Source: Takakia lepidozioides (taxonomy: Eukaryota > Plantae > Bryophyta). From it: a stretch of 64,000 nucleotides of DNA. The notes beneath the pieces are model-generated. The model did no database searches. It was given only the letters and a program-made list of their open reading frames with translations, and had not been told where the DNA came from. Position numbers and translations under genes: made by a program. Positions 61,201-64,000 of this stretch are shown piece by piece (the first letter of the stretch is position 1; each line of letters begins with the position of its first letter). The stretch is taken from NCBI GenBank assembly GCA_030704615.1, contig CM060732.1:73656001-73720000 (forward strand), read 5' to 3'.

Positions 61201-61716
61201 GTGGCATTAGGACGGGAGCTCCTGGGTGGAAATGGAATCTTGGCTGACTTTCTAGTGGCAAAGGTCAGTTTCCTTTTGTCACCTCTGCAGTTGTGCTCAA
61301 AACTGTCTTGAGAGTACCGTGTGCATAGGCAGTCCTGGTTGTCGGCTGAAGGATTTTCAAATGGTAAAGTTAACTTTGTAGAAGTTGAGCAACTCAACTC
61401 ATGTCGACAGTTCTCAGTTGACGGTGATAGGGAACCTTCTGTTCCTCCAAAGCAGCAGACACAGTAGGTGGATCTTAAATAGCAAGGGAGGAAGCCAAAG
61501 GTGTTTATTTTCCACATCTTTGGGTCACTTGTCGAGAGTTTGAACCGTTGATGTGGTTAACGACAGCAAGGTGGTGGTATGCAGGCATTTTGTGACCTGG
61601 AGCCAGTTTATACATATGAGGGAACCTATGAGATAAACGCATTGGTGACAGGGCGTGAAGTTACAGGAATAGCTAGTATCAAGCCTTCTGCTGCAGGAAA
61701 AGCCAAGGGGCGCTAA
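55216..61716 (+). CDS. ACX4: Peroxisomal short-chain acyl-CoA oxidase 4 (acyl-CoA dehydrogenase fold), 13 exons
   Basis: Exons 55216-55324, 56479-56580 ([13 protein letters not shown]), 56799-56905 ([10 protein letters not shown]), 57569-57646 (YWEKAEFPF), 58104-58227 ([17 protein letters not shown]), 58381-58455, ~58707-58766 ([12 protein letters not shown]), ~58907-59017 ([13 protein letters not shown]), ~59484-59643 ([12 protein letters not shown]), ~60232-60308, ~60774-60945, 61171-61263, 61585-61716 ([18 protein letters not shown]). Confidence 0.95.
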
Positions 61717-64000
61717 GCACCCCAGAAAGAGCAGGTTGTTATGGTAAATTGTGGTGGCCAACTCTCTGTCGTACTCTTAAATGCTCTGCTTATGGGGGGG
61801 GAATGTATGCAAGATTACCGTGTGTGCAGGGTATGACGTGGGAGAACAAATGCTCGAATCCAGGGGGATGATGTTTTAACTCGTGTTTACATCTTGGGTT
61901 TCATTAATCATTAAAGTTTTGAGAGATAATGATATTTGTGATATTTTGTTTTTCCTTTTGAGAGGGAATTGGGGCTCCATCCTCTTCAACATAGAAAGAG
62001 TAAAAGGGAACACCCCTAGGGGTTGACTCAGTGCTCACAAATAATCCCCTGAATTATAGTGAGGAGAGAAAATGACCTATCTAATAGTAACCTCCCCAAA
62101 AGGCTCTTTTTGTATCTAATGAGAGCTATGGCTCACATGTTTTCTGGATGACAATAGGAATAATGTAAGAACTTAATGGACTAATGCGATCTGATGGTAC
62201 TACGCCGGATCCAGCAAGGCCCCTGTCAAATGGTCCCCATCCCCTGTCACCTCGGTTTCACTATTAAATACTTAAGAATCCAAGTGGGTTTCATGGTGGT
62301 TTGATGATAAGGTGATAGCAATGCAGGTGACGAAGTTATGGGTTCGATTCTTGATGGGAGGTTCTTGCAGTGTAACCAGGATATTAGTATTGCAATGGGT
62401 CTAATCCTCTGTTAATTCCAGTCTCTCATGCAAGGCCCTGGCCGCATGGCGTGGCTAGCATAGCACGCCTGCTAATGTCTTAGCAGGCCCGCTTTCCTAA
62501 ATGCTGCTCCAATTAACTTTATTGCTGCCGCACTGAAAAATTTAGCATAACATTTGTTATGCTCAGTTTTAGTTATAAACTATTGTTCGCTGCCACTGCC
62601 CGATTTCCGTCAGCCGCGTTTGCTAGCCGTTTTTCCTAGAAACGGCGAAATGGCGTGGGCAGCTGCCCGAAAACGGCGCTCCAGCTTAGATTTAGCACTA
62701 GGGGGGGGGAGGTACTGCTAAAAGTCGCCATAAACTACAAAGGATTAGTTAATAGTAGATAGCAGTAGTTAGAGCTAAAACATTTAAAGCAGGCCCCTGC
62801 GGCCGTACTTTTGTAGTTAGTAGTAATTAGGCACTAGCCTAACAGACGTTAGTAGTGTGGTGCGGCCGGGGCCTTAACTCTCATTAGTCCATTTTCTACC
62901 TAGCCAAATTTGGACTTGGTCAAATTTTGAGACCAAGTGTGAGTTACACCAAGCGGAGTTACACACCTTGTCGTGCAATCCAGTGTAACCCCATTTCCGG
63001 CATGTCAAATATTCCCCACCCTCTCTTGAGAGTGACATGAAACTGAAGGAGTGTAAACTCACGTACCATCCTGTCAGGGGTGAGGTTGCTCGTGTGCATT
63101 AAGTTCTTACATTATTCCTATTATCTTCTTTTTTTTCCCTTAAAATTAAAAAGGGAAATGCCTAGGAGCGATAGTTCACAAATTAGGAGAGGAGAAATAA
63201 ACCTCCTTGACATGAACCTCCCCGTAAGGGCTTTCGCATGAGACACCGACCAAGGGAAATGGTAGAGGAACAGTTGACCCCAGAATCATCTGGGTGGTAC
63301 TTAGTGCACTATCCAACTGAACTACTGACTAATGGTTTCTCAGTTTGAAATTCAATCTGCTGCCTGAAAAAACCAAATGGGAAGGAATTGGTCTACATGA
63401 AGTTTTTCATATTGATGAGATATTTTTAAATTAATTAAAATAAGTGAAATATATCTTCAAAATAGAACTGGCTTGTGCAAGGCTCACCGGAGGGGATGCT
63501 GGTAAAGCCGGGTCCGCGGGAGCCATATTCACGGAGGGTGTTTCCACTTCATGCACATTAACCACCATGAGCCTGTCACAGAAGTGGGGTTTGACCAAGG
63601 AGGCGTCATACATCTTCCCTTTTTCTTTTGCAAACAAGAGGTTTCTTTCTTGCCATGTAAACCCCAACCATCCACTCTATGTTCCCCCCAATGCTCAATT
63701 CTTCTTGAAGTTAGGGCCAGGTTCCATGGGCACTCCCAAATGCCCCCCCAAGCAAGCGCCCCCAAGAGGAAATCGTCCCTTAAAATGGAGAACGGGTGGT
63801 TCCATGGACACCTTTCCATTCACCCCTCTAGAAATCTTTGACAACAATTAGGGCCCATGACATAGTAAATGGACTACTATAATAGGGTACTCAAGGTGGG
63901 AGCCTGGCTAGGCTTCACTAAGGCACCATTATGCAAAGCTACCACTTAGGGATATTGGAATCCTTGGAGCATTGCCTTCTATTGTGCTCCACACCATCAA

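Noticed and set aside
62290-62400. tRNA gene or SINE (GGTTCGATTC B-box-like word; a similar one at ~19275)
   Set aside because: No cloverleaf and no clear TSD; at most a decayed SINE head.
63431-63851. Overlapping ORFs at the window end
   Set aside because: No recognisable domain; probably part of a repeat extending beyond the window.

Overview
Eukaryotic, intron-rich nuclear DNA from a land plant, most likely a seed-free lineage (inferred from highly self-similar PLS-DYW PPR arrays and a Crinkler-like NTPase). Recognisable host genes are a TBC/Rab-GAP gene (-, ~3.1-8.0 kb), an At1g04390-like ARM+BTB/POZ gene (+, 22.4-30.0 kb), a gene with an N-terminal SAP/HeH-like motif and a duplicated C-terminal exon (+, 51.1-54.7 kb), and a 13-exon ACX4-type acyl-CoA oxidase (+, 55.2-61.7 kb) that carries a PTS2 instead of the usual PTS1. 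Between them lie three decayed PLS-class PPR genes (one ending in a DYW deaminase domain), a Crypton-like tyrosine-recombinase remnant, a gag inverted repeat, tailless LINE insertions with target-site duplications, two oppositely oriented methylesterase exons and a Crinkler-type P-loop NTPase pseudogene. The most striking structure is a large Mutator-like element (~31.8-47.7 kb including intervening non-element DNA). It carries a DDE/SWIM transposase and a zinc finger + ULP1 protease cargo gene, and it is saturated with a GTNAC-core motif (GGGTTACA/GGTGACAC) in its terminal arrays, introns and even coding sequence. Its transposase is split into two halves on opposite strands 13 kb apart. Reversing one ~13.5 kb segment rejoins the transposase and turns the two same-orientation terminal arrays into inverted repeats. 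All homology calls come from recognising motifs by eye; no database search was run.
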